Shown: one piece after another, positions 47,548 through 64,000 of the stretch | How positions within the stretch are numbered: the first letter of the stretch is position 1 | Layout: each line of letters starts with the position of its first letter | Assembly: GCF_009914755.1 (NCBI RefSeq) | Contig: NC_060925.1 | Length of the DNA stretch: 64,000 nucleotides | Origin: the human T2T-CHM13v2.0 reference genome, Homo sapiens | Strand: one strand, 5' to 3' | The notes under the pieces: generated by a model | Told to the model about the DNA's origin: nothing | The model's database searches: none | What the model saw: the letters and a program-made list of their open reading frames with translations, nothing else | Position numbers and translations under genes: made by a program

Positions 47548-48520
47548 TATATAACTACATACTACAAGATGACAGGTTTTCCTGATACACCCTCATGTAA
47601 CAAATTATGGGTCAAGGGGGAAAACCCCCAGCAAAGAATATACTGATAACTTACAGGACCCCCCCACCCTCCACCACCAAAAAAGTGCCTTACCAGAATC
47701 TAAATGGCAAACTCAGGAAATGTTTAAGTTTCAGACTTAAAGTAGACTTTAGTCAACTCCAGAGTGGGCTACATTGTTCCCAAACTGTGCTAGTCAGGAA
47801 TCCTAGAAGGGGTTCCAGACCATTATGGAGCATGTGGATAAGAGTAAGAGGGAAGTACACTTAGAAATGAAGTGTGCAAAGTGGCCAAATCCCTCTAGAC
47901 CCAAAACAAAGTAATACAGTTCTGTACCTGTTTCTTTTGGTGAACTTGGAATTGGATCTGAAATTTCAAAAGATCTGAGAGGGCACGGGTGAGTTTTTCT
48001 CAATTCTACATCTTCTCAACATTAATAAAATTAATCTTCACTGGACTATTACCCCCATCTTATCTCATCCTGTTCTCTGTATCTGGAAGGTTGCTCTTCT
48101 CTGCCTTCCCCTGGTTAATTCTCACTCAATAATCGCTCCTTCTGGGAAGCCTTGGTGTGGGTGAGACACATCTTCTTGAGCTTCCATGGCACTGGGCTGA
48201 GGTCTGTCATAAAATCTGCCCCCGTGTTCTGCAAGTGTCTGTCACTGATCTGCCTCCCTCTCTGGACTGTGACGTCCTCAGGGGCAGTGGAAGTGTCTAA
48301 TTCATCTGTATCTCCCCAGCACCAAACATTCAGCCTGGACATAATAGACAGTTATTGAATGTACTAACAGATATGAGTAACACAACTATTATCCCTTTAC
48401 TATCAAAAGCAGTCATTTTTCACGCAATCATGGCACTCATAATTAATGCCACACAAAAACTGGAAAACTTTAATATTTCTTAAGCAAAATAATGACGACA
48501 GAATCAAGGCAAAAGGATGA

Positions 48521-48801
48521 AGACGGAGTTTCGCTCTTGTTGCCCAGGCCGGAGTGCTGTGGCGTGATCTTGGCTCACTGCAACCTCTGCCTTCTCGTTT
48601 CAAGTGAGTGTCCTGCCTCAGCCTCCCGAGTAGCTGGGACTACAGGCGCCTGCCAGCACGCCCAGCTAATTTTTGTATTTTTAGTAGAGATGGGGGTTTC
48701 ACCATGTTGGCCAGGCTGGTTTTGAACTCCTGACCTCATGATCCGCCCACCTTGGCCTCCCAAAGTGCTGGGATTACAGGCGTGAGCCACCACACCCAGC
48801 C
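48521..48801 (-). mobile_element. AluS lacking its poly-A tail
   Basis: Body starts agacggagtttcgc with no preceding T run. Confidence 0.9.
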
Positions 48802-49236
48802 CAAAACGTCTTTTAATAAAGGCAAAGTTTACTTACACATATTCAAACAGAGGAAAATGCTGATGTATGTATCTTCACTGGAATGATAACTTACCCCTAT
48901 AAGCCCATCCAGCTGCAAAAGCAGCTTAAATGATATAGTCCTTTTAATTTGCTAACCTAAACTAAGTCGGGTTCTTGTCCACACTGATTTGTTGGACAAA
49001 ATTAAACCAACCCTGTATTAGTTTGTACTTTTCTTTGTACTTTTTCATACTGATTCCTCTTGTCATAGTTGCTTGGATAATCTAAACATTTAGCAACAAA
49101 AGTCTAAAGTCTGGTGATTTATTCCTTTCTATGTGATGCTACTGCTCCTTCAGCAGCATCAGCTTCAGGAAAATGATGTACATTATTAAATTACTTGATA
49201 ATGACAAAGTGAACTAGGATGACATTACACACACAC

Positions 49237-49386
<150 letters not shown>

Positions 49387-51778
49387 CACACACACATTTT
49401 AAAATGGGATTTGTTGCTTGAGATTATGCCTGCTTGTCCATTCAGATGAAAAGCCCCTGCTTATGAAATGAGCCTGAGATGTCTGACAGATTTAATATCT
49501 AATATCAGTTTAGGGGAAGTGATGGAAGCTAACTTCAAAGGTCAGGGGAATATTTTGATGGAAGTTCAGAGGATTCAGTTATGTAAGTAAATATTTATGG
49601 ACAACCTGAAATAAATACTGCACTATGTTCTGTATAAGATATAAATGAAACTTTTTTCTCTCTTATTAAGGTTTTAGTCATTTTCTCTTTAATTATGGTA
49701 CTCCCTTGATAAGCAGGAAGGAACACTACACATATCCAGATCTCCAGTCAAAAAATGAGGCTTTCTGAAATGGTTACAGATTTTAGTAGCAAAAGCCCAT
49801 AAAATTAATAACTAGCACTCATTTTTAAAACATGCACCTCCAAATTTATATTGAGAATCATAAGATGCCACAAACAATTTACTTATGACACAAAGGCAGT
49901 GGAAGGTAAATCTGTTTGTTGAAAAGTTGTAAGTAGATTTTTCTGTTTTTGTGGTTTATATTAATGGATGGATACCTACCATTATTATAATAAAAACTAA
50001 TTTTGAAGAAATCTGAGCTTAATAAGAATTCAAATACATGCAAAGGCAATTTTCCAGCATATCTGAATTACAAGGGATCTAGCCCTGCCTTCTTAGTCTT
50101 ATAATGGTTCTCTAATGAGTCTAAGAATCTCTGCAGAAAGCTCATTTTCAGCTAATAGTATCTAATAGAAGTCACTCCCTAGTCATTTTGTTCCTTATTT
50201 TCAAGGCTTTCAAGATCAGCTGCACAGGAAGAGACTACATTATTGGATGCATCCCAGTCTCTGGGACACATCAATTTCCAAACGTTACTGCCAAGGCCAT
50301 GTAGAAGAGTCAAAACAATAAAAAAAAAATCCTGAAAAGGAGCAGTTGTTCTAACTAGTTGGTGGTGATGATTTATCAAGAACTGTTAATCTGCTGCCAT
50401 GTGAAGAGCCTCCAGCACATTCACTTTCCATCTTGGTGTCAGAATAATTTCTAATTATGGTTTGGGGCAGCTTTCTCACTTGAAACTAAACAGAAGTTTG
50501 AGGAAATTTATGCATTTAAAAATGCAATCATCCACTATGCTGGTAAATAAGATACAATTACGCACAAACTGTGCCTAGGCCATTTAGGGGGTTATATAAA
50601 TGACTGAATTGTTATTTTTAAACTAAAGTGAAAACAACATATTCTCATTTACGAGAGAAGGGAAGTAAAATAATTCACTTAGTGTTCGAGTTAGATTGCA
50701 TATCACTAATGTGTAAAATGGGATTTAAGTAGTTATTCTACATAGATTTAATGTTATGTTAGGATTAACCGCAACTGGCAACAAGCACTTCATGCAAAAA
50801 ATGACCTTCAGATTTTCATAAAAACCTCATTTCTGCAACTTATTACTGTGTATGACTTTGGACAAGTCACTTAACCTCAGTTACCTGAGCCTCAGTTTCC
50901 TTATCTTTTGAATAGGGTTAATAATACCACCTTTTAGGATTCACACACATTCAAAAACTTGGCATTTGTTAGCTATAGCTATTAGACATTATCTTGATGT
51001 TCACTTGCCTCCAGGATGAACATATTTAGGCTTTTTCCTAACCAGAGAATAAACCCAGAACCAAAATATATAGGTCCTACTAAGTACCCTAATAAAAGGG
51101 GAACAGCTATCCAAATTATATTCCCCATCCCTTCCATTTATGTCCCCATTCCCCCATTTGATGCCTAATTCCACTTTTGGGATTTATTACCTGGTGCTAA
51201 GCATTGACTTCTTCCTGAAGAGGCCCCTACAAATGCAAAAGCTCAAGGAAACAATAATTAAAGCTATTATCACTTTGTAAGAATGCATTTGTGTGGTTTT
51301 CTCCAAGACAAAATTACCCCACATACTAACACTTGGTACCTGGGAAAGGATAAAATAGCTGTTAAAAAGGAGCAATCCTAGTCAACAGGGTACATGACAA
51401 ATAAATTTAAAAAAAAAGTAAAGGGGCAAAAGGGCCTTTTGCAAAACAGGATATATTTTGCAATTTTGCTTAAGTTAAGTTTTGTCAGTTAATCATTCAT
51501 TAGGTACTAAGAACCTTTGGACAGAAACTCAAGAAATTGGCATTAGTAGTTGCCTCTAAGGAGGAGAACTGGTTAGGCAGGTGCAAGAGTGGGCGTAGAA
51601 GGGCAACACCCACTTTCACTGCATATCCTTTTGTACCTTTTGATTTTGGCACTGTAGGCATTAATTATCTACACAAAAGTTTTAATTTAAAAAATTCAAT
51701 CCTCACACCCTGTTATTTCTCCTACATCATCTTTTAGATTATTTGTTTACATTATTTGACATTTAAACATTGACTTTT

Positions 51779-51940
51779 GGCCAGGCACAGTGGCTCGTGC
51801 CTGTAATCCCAGCCCTTTGGGAGGCTGAAGCAGGAGGATTGTTGAGCCCAGAAATTCAAGGCTGCAGTGAGCTATGATCATGCCACTGCACTTCAGCCTA
51901 GGTGACAGAGTGAGACCCTGTCTCTAAAAACAAACAAACA
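51779..51940 (+). mobile_element. Alu monomer (FRAM/FAM-like or arm-recombined AluJ)
   Basis: A single ~160 bp monomer with a left-arm start and right-arm end. Confidence 0.8.
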
Positions 51941-52469
51941 GAGAAGTTGCATTTTTTCCCTAAAAAGTAAGTTGGAGTCATGTAAAATTTGATAGGCCTC
52001 TAACGGCTGATTTTTCTTTAAAGTATTAAACATAAAAAAATACTCAAAATCTAAAGATACAACATTATTAGACAATTAACATTATTTACTGACTTTCTGT
52101 AAATACAGTTTCCTTCACTAAAACTTAGGCTTCCTGCACACAGGGCCTGTGTTTTATTAATCTTTGAGGCCCCATTCAGGCAAACACTGGGCTTTCACAG
52201 GAATACTTTCTTGAATTCCAAGGAAGAAAAGTCATTAAATGAAACACGATGTTTTGATTAAGAAGGAATTTCTCAAGATTTTTATAAAAACAAACAAAAC
52301 AACAATAACAATAGAAAGAGGCAGGGACAGGGAAAGGGAGAAGAAGAAACAGCTATAAACCACCTACGTTCATAATAGAACTTTTGGGACCTTACTGATT
52401 GGGAATGCTTGTGAAACACCAAATATGTCATAAGGAGGGAGAATTAAGGTTAATCTAAAATAATGAGAA

Positions 52470-53950
52470 CACTTGTTCAACAAAATATTTGCTACATGCC
52501 TATTGTATACAAGGCCTTGGTGACAAAATGTTGACCAATACAGACATGATCCTAGCCCTGACAGGTTACATAATAGTGGGAGATACAGAACGGTAAACAG
52601 GCAATTATCATGTGGTATGATATATATAAAAGGAAGTTTATAGCGTTTTAGGAGCTCATAAAAGGAGAACCAATTCCATGCTTGGAAAAGTGATGTCTAA
52701 GTGGGACTAGAGCTTTGGAGTTCTCTAAACCCGAGTTCAAATCCTGGTTTTACAGGTTACACTCTATAACCCTGGCCAATTTATTTAATCTCTCCAGGCC
52801 TCAGTTTCACCAACTTTAAAATAGGAATTATGATAGTATTGAGTTCAAAGAGTTGATGTGAGTATTAATGAAATGCACATCATAAATCTGGTATGGTGTA
52901 TGGCAAGTGGCAAGTACCCAATAAATATTAGCTAATAATAGTGATAACAGTAAGCTGAGAACTTAAGACAGATAAAAGGGAAGAGAGGAAAGAGGAAGAG
53001 TACCCGGACAAAATAAAAGCAATAGTCTGGTGAGCTTCAGTGAAAGAACCTCGCTCGATCCATGGATCAGGGGATGCTTGGGGTGGGATCAGAGGTGAAG
53101 CTGAAGCTGGAAAGGCAAGCACAGCCCAGCTCAATGGGTTTATCTAAGCTCAGTGGGGGCCCCTTGAGAATTTTAGTCAGAGAAGGGACAGGATCAGATC
53201 TGAGTTTTTAAAAGACCAGCTTGGCTACAGTGTGGGAATGGAATGGAAAATTGACAAGACTAGAGGCAGAGATCAGTGACAATAATTTTAAAATAATTCC
53301 TTGGCTACTGTGGATTTTCACAGTTGGGAATGCAGACATCACATGAAAAAAATATACAGCAATCCATAGAGGGTCTTGAAGTAACTATCTTCTTGTATTA
53401 GCATTTCGTTCATTCATTCATTCATTCATCCACTCACTCAACAAGCATTAACACCTACCAAGGCGGTGAGCTGGTGCCGTGAGAGATTTCTACAAGCATT
53501 GCCCTACATGACTCTGCCCTCCAGAAGCATCCCATCCAACACTGACTGCCCATATTCCTCTCCCTGCCTGGGAGGCCTGTTACCCTGGTGACCCAGATCA
53601 TGTGCAATGCAAAGGCAGGCACCAGCAGGAGACCCAAACCCAGAGGCAGTATCACATAGTAGAGAGATGTCACTAACTACATCAGTGTATAGCTGACTTC
53701 TTATTAAAGGAGTAAATCTTCCCTGATCCATAGTTAAGTGAATAATAATAGTCAACATTCATCAAATGTCCTGTCCTGTGAATTTCAGGTAGATTAATAC
53801 ATCTATTACAACAACTTTGTGAAACAGGTATTATTATGTCCACTGTATAGATGCGAAAACTGAGGCAAGAGACACTCCCTAAAGGTCACAGAATTAGAAA
53901 GTGGTAGAGCTGAGATTCAGTCTAATGTTTTTATCCACTACACCATGTGA
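52470..53950. mobile_element. L2 and MIR fragment cluster
   Basis: caacaaaatatttgctacatgcc (L2), ggcctcagtttc (MIR), (ttca)n L2 tail, gaaaactgaggc (MIR). Confidence 0.6.
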
Positions 53951-55148
53951 CTTCTGGCAGTGGGCCACCAGGCTGATATCAGAATTAAACCAATTTAAAA
54001 TGTATGCTTCAAAATCTAGGCAGGGGAAAAAGATCACTGCTCACTTAGGTATCAGGGAGGCCAAAGCTTGGAAGCTTTTATTATAGGAATAAAATGAAAT
54101 GGGTGAATAAATATGGTGACAGTCTCTTGAGAAGAAATTGGACTACTCTCATCAAAAGAGTGCCATTTTGAAAGGGTTTTGAAATCGATTTTGCTCTTTT
54201 AAGTTCAAACCATAGCTCTGCCATTTGGCCTAGAACGCATTAGAAAGTATTCAAATGGGATTACATTCCTTATCAGTTTAAAAGAGTGGGACATCTCACA
54301 GACTCAAAGATGGAGAGGTGTGGCAAAGACATCAAAGGGCTAGCAGAGATCTGTTACTCTTTTGGTTTTCTGTTAATGGAGGGTGAAATAAAAGCTGATT
54401 ATCTCGATGAGAAATTAGTAGAATATGCTTATTTTCTCAGACCATGTGGCATTCCATCAACCAAGTAGTGGAGCAGGTGAGGAATAAGCATATTTTATCA
54501 TAAGCTCTATGAGGCATTTCCAATGTGAAGTGAATACAGACAAAATAGAAAAAAAATTCTTAAATCTCCAGAAATGAAAGAAACCACTAGCTTCTTGCAA
54601 TGCCACTGGATGCCAATAGCAACGGAGTCTTGAGCCTGGGCTCTTAACTGGCAATGAGAAGAATCCCAGGCCAGATGGCATTTTAAAATCCAATCTCACT
54701 CTATTTGTCTCTCCCCACTAACCTACATTGCACTTAAAGCAATCAGCCATTTCACAAGCTGCAGTATTTCAAAGTAGTTACAACCCTTGAGAACAGAAAA
54801 ACTCTCTTAATTGCTGTGAGTTTAAAAATATAGAGAATAAAAATTATGGAATTTGTGAAACAACCATCTCTAATTAAACACGCTCGCTAGCACACACACC
54901 CAACACCGCACAGAGTACAGCTTTTCAAACCTAGCCCATTCATGCACACATTTAGCACAGCTCACCAACAAAACACTTTTCCTTCCATTCATTCACTTAC
55001 TAGTCCCGTTCTTTGGGACTCACTCGCCACCACTGAAAACTAACTTGAGAAGCCCCAGGTCTGTGGGCACCGACACCCCGTTAATTCATCCAGCTTGTCC
55101 TGCTCCGAGCGCCAGGCAGGACTTGGGGGCTTCGGTGTCACGACTGGC

Positions 55149-55163
55149 GCTGCCCCCTGGAGG
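55149..55163 (-). promoter_or_regulatory. Candidate CTCF site at the intronic edge of the CpG island
   Basis: Minus strand CCTCCAGGGGGCAGC closely matches the CTCF core CCASYAGRKGGCRS. Confidence 0.5.
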
Positions 55164-55259
55164 GACGCCCAGCCTCCACCCGCCCTACCGGAGCGGCACC
55201 CCTCGCGGCCCTCGCTCCCTGGGAAACACTCAGAGTTGCACTGTCGTCGCTGCCGTTTA

Positions 55260-56330
<1,071 letters not shown>

Positions 56331-57017
56331 TTACCTGAACAGTTTAAACCTTGCGTGCTTACAAAGTCTAGCCCACTTTTGAAGAGCTATAATGGTTTAC
56401 AGATTCTTCATGTTGAGCTTAAATCCCACGGGTCCCAGTTCTGTTTTCTGGCCTTACCTAAAGTACAAGTTTTTCTTGTTTTGTGTGTGTTCGCGTGTGT
56501 GTGTGTTTTCACAAAACAGCATTTGCATATCTGAAAACAGTTCTAATTATCTATGCTGCCTAACACCATCCTCTACCCCCCACCCTAAACCCCCTCCAGT
56601 CCTGGAGCCCAAACCACTGAAAAGTAACTAGTGATTTGGTTTCCAAGTCCCTTCAACATTCTGGTCAGCTTCCTTTTGATACACACCAATTTGCTTGTAT
56701 CCTTTTAAAATCATAGTATCCGGAAAATAAACAATTCTTCCTGTGTGGTCTGACCAGCACAGACTACAGCAGCACCCTTGTTCCAGATGCTGGGCCTCTA
56801 TGAACACTGCCTAAGCCTGTATTCACTTTTTTGGTGGTCTAGGGCCAAGGCCCAGGCTACAGCCTTCTTGCCAGAACTCTGATCCCAGCTTTTAGGAAAC
56901 TCTGGATTTCTAGGAGCAGGTCTCTCTGAGCATCCTAGAATGGTTGCCCCAACTGAGCCCAGAGATGTGACCTGCCTTCTCTCCCCTCCCACAAGGGTGG
57001 TGTGAATTTATAAATGA

Positions 57018-57360
<343 letters not shown>

Positions 57361-57624
57361 AAATTTGAGGAGTCTCAAGGACAGCTCTGACACTGACATT
57401 GGGAAGTGGGACCAAAAGTAAAATAACAAACCTTTAAGACCGACTAGGTAGTACTTCTAAAGCAAAATTCTTAGGGGATCCAGGCAGCCCCATTAGCCCC
57501 AGTTTAGCGTCAGAAATCACTTAATGGTGTCCTCAGATGGAGGATTCCCATCAAAGTTACAGGTGAAAGTTGATCTTTTACCTTAAGCTTGCCCTGGTTA
57601 AATATAAAATTTATTTATTTTTAA

Positions 57625-57951
<327 letters not shown>

Positions 57952-59145
57952 TATTTATTCTTATTATATATTGTTTATTTGTTTAGCTCCCGGGTTAAAT
58001 AAAGTATAGGACTTCATTCTGCTCTTTACTGCAGACTTTACCAGACATTGAGGCTCCATCTGTCTCTAGCTGGCCACCATCTAGCAATCTTCATTCATGC
58101 CTGTGCCTTGTTGGAGCCTGAATATTTCACCTACCACTCAGTGCCCTGAGTCTAACTATGAACAGGGTTCTGTGTACCACTCTGGGCTCATGTCAGTCTA
58201 GCAGCCAATTAAAACCTGATGTTAGCCATGTCTTTCCATACTGAAATTGGGTACCTGTTCTTTTAAAATCTAATTTTGTAGTTATCCCTGTTAAATGTTA
58301 TTTACTTATTTCTAATTTGTCTAGTTTTGATTCTGTTATCTCGTGCATTACTTATTACTTCTAATTCGTGCCATCTGAAATTTGATAAGCATGCCTTCTA
58401 TTTTCTCTAAGCAGTGGTCAAAAAGTGTTAGAATGTATATATTAGTAAAAAAGAATAATAAAAATACCAAATCCAGTAGATTATAGTTTACATGCTTTCA
58501 CACTTCAGCAATGAAGGACTGTTTTTAGGAAAACGGACTTTATTGAGCTTAATACATTGATATGTTCATTTTTCCCATGAATATTTATTGAAAATTCCCA
58601 AGGCACATCACCATGTTATGCACTTCAGAGTCACAAAAGAAGGAAGCACAAAGACATGATCCTTACCTTGAAGAGCTCACAATCTCACTAGGAGAACAAG
58701 ACATCCAGAATTGGAGCTGGGGTAAGTGCACATGAGAGGTATAGATAACAAAGTGCTACAGGAAGGTAAAGGAAAGAGAGATCTATCTCTATGGTGGGTG
58801 GGAGTGGAAGAAAGCTGCTTGAAGATGATTGGACTTGGTTTAGGCCTTAAATAATTTTTGGATGTGAGTAACTGAAGGAGAGAATGAGAATTCTAAGGGA
58901 AAGGCATTTTCAAAGGACAGTAGGTAGATCTATTTACATATCTATAGCTGCTGTAACAAAACAACTCCAACACATATAATGGCACAAAATTGACAGAAGC
59001 TTATCTCTTGTTCACTCAAAGTCTAGCACAGATGTTCCTGATTGATTCTCAACTCTTTTTTCCAAGCAATATTCAGGGATCCAGCCTTCTTCTATTTTGT
59101 GGCTCCAACTCTTCTACATGTGGCATCCAAGTTTTCCATGCTCAC

Positions 59146-59816
<671 letters not shown>

Positions 59817-60953
59817 CTCACCTTCCTCAAACTGAAAGAACAAGAAAGAACATACAGCCACCACATGTGAAAGGCTTAATGGGTCAGGCCCAGAAGGGAT
59901 GCATATCACCTCTGCTCCCATTCTTCTGGCTAAAATTCTGCCACCCAGCTACAATAACCACGAGCAAGGGCTGGAAAATACATTCTGCTGTGGGCCCAGA
60001 AAGAAAAGAAAACATGAGGTTGGGGAAACAGCTAGCTGGTGTCTGCCTCCAGAGAACAGTGGGGAAAATGGAAAACAAAGGTGGAAAAGTGGGCTAAGCC
60101 TTCATCACATCAGCTGTGGGGAGGCATATGGTGTGGAAATTAAGAGCATAGCTTCTAGAGCCAGACTGTGTAATGAAAGCTTGGCTCCACTATTTCCTTG
60201 TTTTATGATTTTAGACATGTTACTTAAAAACTCTTTGCCTCAGTTTCATCATCATCTATAAATGCGGAGCAATGAACACGTTATCATAGAGTTATTATAA
60301 ATGTTAATATTGCAAAGTGCTTAAAAAGTGCATAGAAAGTAACTAGAGCCTAATAGATGCTCAGTAAATATTATCCATTGAGAGGTTTTGAACAGAAGGC
60401 TTTGCACATGATTTCCTACCGAATGCCAAAACACACGTACACATTCACTGAATTACCAGAGTCATATAGCTGCTTGAAGGTATGCTTTCCAGGAGAATTT
60501 GTGGCCTTCCTAGGTTGACAGACCAAATCTCACCCACAAGTGTAATCATAGATTCAATAAATATTTATTGAACCCTTGCCATATGCCAGGTATTGTGCTA
60601 GGAAATGGGGATGTAATTATGAATGGTAATTATGAATGATAATTATGGCTTATGGTCAAATTGTTCCTTTTCCTCTTCTGGACATTTCAAGACCTTTATA
60701 AGCAATTTCCTTTAAATTCCCTCTGTTTGACATACCTAAAGCTATTTCTGTTCTGGTTGGATGTTGATTAACACAGGGGCAAGTTTTCTTTTCCATTGAT
60801 AATATTGCTGGTATCTTGCCTTATTTGAAGTCAATTTTAGATAGCAAGTATCTGAAGATTAAAACAGGCATTCCTGTCTTACTCTTTTCTTACTCCATTT
60901 TAGCAGATACAAGATTTACTTTCATAGGAGACAGGTGTTTTGAGATGGGGGTG

Positions 60954-61320
60954 TGTATTAGTCTGTTTTCACACTGCTGATAAAGACATACCCGAGACTG
61001 GGTAATTTATAAAGAAAAAGAGATTTTATGGACTCACAGTTCCATGTGACTGGGGAGGCCTTACAATCATGGTGGAAGGCAAAAATGCACGTCTTACATG
61101 GCCACAAGGCAAGAGAGAAAATGAGAATCAAGTGAAAGGGGTTTCCCCTTATAAAACCCTCAGACCTTGTAAGACTTATTCAGTACCACAAGAACAATAT
61201 GAGGGAAACTACCCCACATGATTCAATTATCTCCCACTGGGTCCCTCCCACAACATGTGGGAATTATGGGAGCTACAATTCAAGATGAGATTTGGGTGGG
61301 GACAGAACCAAACCATATCA
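60954..61320 (-). mobile_element. THE1 (B/C-like) solo LTR
   Basis: tgtattagtc...ccaaaccatatca; 5-bp TSD gggtg. Confidence 0.92.
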
Positions 61321-61795
61321 GGGTGGGAATTCTCAAAGAGAAGGAGGGCTCAAGGATGTCCTTGTCCAACCTAAGTGCTAGAAATATCGGATAAAGTAAG
61401 TACCATAAATCTGCAATTTGACAGTAAGTCCTGAGTGTTTTAACATAATTATTACATAAATGTTTACCGTGAAAGAAACCCATTGCTGCAGATTGCCTGT
61501 TATATCCAAAGAGTGAGTGGTGTTTGGTTGAATGGGCAGGCAGTGAGTTACAGACCCAGAGATGGTTCCACGGTAACCAGGACTCTGGTTCCTAAAGTCA
61601 AGACACATAGCCTCCTAATCTCAGTTTCTCCAACTTTCATCTGGGGTTTCGTTCATTGAAGAAACATTTACTAAGCATCTACAGTATGTATGGTAGAGGA
61701 ATACATAAAAGCAGTGGATAAGGCATGGGTTTTAGATTCAGACAAGCCTGAATTTGATTCCTGGCCCTCCTACATTCTGGCTGTATCACCTTAGT

Positions 61796-62260
61796 GTACC
61801 CAAGACCCGTGTTTCACCATTTTCTGTCTTGCTTGAAGCTGTGGAGGACTGATCTTCATGGACTTCATCACCTGCGATCCCATTTTTGTTGGTTTTGGTG
61901 AATGGAATATACTTACAGGAGACTGGAGGACAAGAGGGGACAGAGATTGGGGTATTTATTTCTCTGGCTCCCTTCCTGCTTTTTCATGGTTGTAGCAACA
62001 GCTCCATCCTTCTACAATCATAGCTTCTGCTGGCGGCCCCTATTCTATGGTTCCAGCTCTCAGCTGGGTTCTGATAATGCTGTTGCCTTCCATTATTCCA
62101 TCTAGGGGTAGTATTGGCTTCTCGTTTTTGCTAGTCCCTGGGTTCCTCGTTGGTTCTCTTTACCTGCTCACACCTCTAAAAACATTCCTTTTATTAAACA
62201 TGCTCTTCAGAATTCTTTAAGTATGCCATTTGTTTTTTACCAGGGCCCTCACTTATAACT
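61796..62260 (+). mobile_element. LTR33-like ERVL LTR inserted in a MIR
   Basis: ggggtatttatttctctggctccc and cctttattaaac-type motifs; MIR halves on either side. Confidence 0.55.
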
Positions 62261-62703
62261 CATTGTTACATACATATATGTGTATATGTGTGCACACACA
62301 TTGCCTTGAATTGATGTGTAAAGTGGGAGTTATAATACCTTGTTTTCAGAGTTTTGAGGCTGAAATGTGACAGCATATACAAAGGATCTGAGCATTGCTT
62401 CTAGGACACAGTAAATACTCAATTGTGATAGCCACTAATATTAACAGTTATTGTGCTCTTGTGCCAGGCATTGTATTCATTATGGAGTATCCATCTGCCT
62501 CTGTATAAAGTGCCTATTTTCACTACTTAAAATACCCAAGTCCTTCAAATGAGATAACATAAAGTGCCCACGACAGTGATAGGGACACTGCAAACACTCA
62601 GTGCTTTCTGCACTTCAAAGCTCAACCTTCTCTGGTCCCCACCTCCTCCTGTGCAAGCAACACATCCCTTTTCTGAATTTCTGTAGCTCTTTCTGTGTTC
62701 CTC

Positions 62704-63337
62704 TGTTGGGGCTCAGAAAACAATGCCCCAAAATGAAGGCCTCAGAAGCAGCCTCAGAGGTGTAGGTTTGTTGTCTGACCTTCTCCTGCCCTCCTGTCCC
62801 TCAGTCCCATGCCCCACTGAGGCTAGCCTCAGAAACTAGAATCCCTCTTCCCCAGGGCGGGTCATAGAAACCAAAATGCCTTTTTCTCCAAAGCCAGACA
62901 TAAAACCTAAAAATATTACTCCAACATTCCTTCTGCCCTATTTCTGTGAAAACAGGCCATAAAGAAATTATCTGACATACCTTGTTTGTAGATCATAAGA
63001 CCCCCATTCCAGAGAAGGTCATGTCCCATCCCCAGAAGGAAGGAATGCTGCTCAGAGAGGCGAAGGAGAATCTAGGCAGACAGACCTGGCTGGGCTTCCT
63101 TGCTCAGTTTATTAGCATTAGATCATACCTTTTTGGTGCAATCATATTTCTACATGGCTGTCCATACTTTGTTAAACCTAAGCATAAAATAGATCAATTT
63201 CTCCTGTGTCTTTGGGTCTTCATTCTGAAGGCTCCCATGTGTACATGCTAAATAAATTTATATGCCTTTTCTCTTATTCATCTTCCTTTTGAGAGTTGAT
63301 TTTTCAGTGAAACTTCAAAGGGCCCTTGGTCCCCACA
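62704..63337 (+). mobile_element. ERV1-class solo LTR (MER39/LTR47-like)
   Basis: TG...CA termini (tgttggggctcagaaaac...ggtccccaca), AATAAA near 63250, 4-bp TSD cc(t/g)c. Confidence 0.78.
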
Positions 63338-63542
63338 CCGCTCTTATGCTGCTTATTACTTTCTCCTAGCACAGTGTAATAACCCACGGATGCCAGAGTC
63401 ATCTGCCTCATTGCAACCACATTAGGGGCTAATGAGATAACCAAAATATCCTGTAAAGTTCAAAGTACTATATAAATATGTTGAGTTTTAACAAGTTTGT
63501 GATGTATTATGGTAATAAGCAGAGGTGAGTGTTGCTCCAAAC

Positions 63543-64000
63543 TTTTTTTTAGATTCAGCGGGTACATGTGCGGGTTTGTGACATGGATATGTTGCATAAT
63601 GCTGAGATTTGGGCTTCTATTGAACCCATCATCCAAGTAGTGAACATAGTACCCAATAGCAAGTTTTTCAGCCCTTCCCACCTCCCCTCCTGCCTCTTTT
63701 TGGAGTCCGCAGTTTCTGTTGTTTTCGTCTTTATGTTCAGGTGTATTCATTGTTTAGCTCCCACTTTTAAGTGAGAACAGTATTGCAGTATTTGATTTTC
63801 TGTTTCTGCTTTAATTCACTTAGGATAATGACCTCCAGCTGCATCCATGTTGTTGCAAAGGAAATGATTGCATTATTTTTATGGCTGTGTAATATTCCAT
63901 AGTGTATATGTACCACATTTTCTTTATCCAATACATCACTGATGGACACCTAGGTTGATTACATTACTTTGCTCTTGTGAGTAGTGCTATGATAAATATA
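63543..64000 (-). mobile_element. L1PB/old L1PA 3' end, running off the window
   Basis: T tract, 3' UTR and ORF2 C-terminal peptide (SFATTWMQLEVIILSEL). Confidence 0.88.

Noticed and set aside
60614-60648. 13-bp tandem repeat (taattatgaatg[g/a]) x ~2.7
   Set aside because: Ordinary slippage duplication at the edge of an L2 fragment, with no further signal.

Overview
Human (or very closely related primate) genomic DNA from the DDAH1 locus. The gene runs on the minus strand. The window holds the CpG-island promoter and first coding exon (55554-55856, codons 1-101, phase-0 GAG|GTAACT donor), about 55.5 kb of intron 1 (1-55553; no exon-2 sequence seen), and about 8 kb upstream. The rest is interspersed repeats (Alu J/S/Y, L1, MaLR/ERVL/ERV1 LTRs, Tigger/Charlie/MER DNA transposons, MIR/L2/L3) and one retroposed Y1 RNA copy. 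Apart from the DDAH1 frame, the supplied ORFs look like repeat-derived or chance frames. I see no support for a new multi-gene system. The most unusual details are: an ~810 bp unidentified retrocopy-like insert nested in a Tigger2a; an exact 32 bp inverted copy of an Alu/flank junction 1.5 kb away; an ~85 bp inverted duplication inside an old L1; a perfect DR3 nuclear-receptor element in unique intronic DNA; two L1PA copies truncated at nearly the same point; a sense-oriented set of THE1/MST LTRs with DUX4-type motifs; and TSS-dependent uORFs. Repeat subfamily calls and boundaries were made by eye and are approximate.
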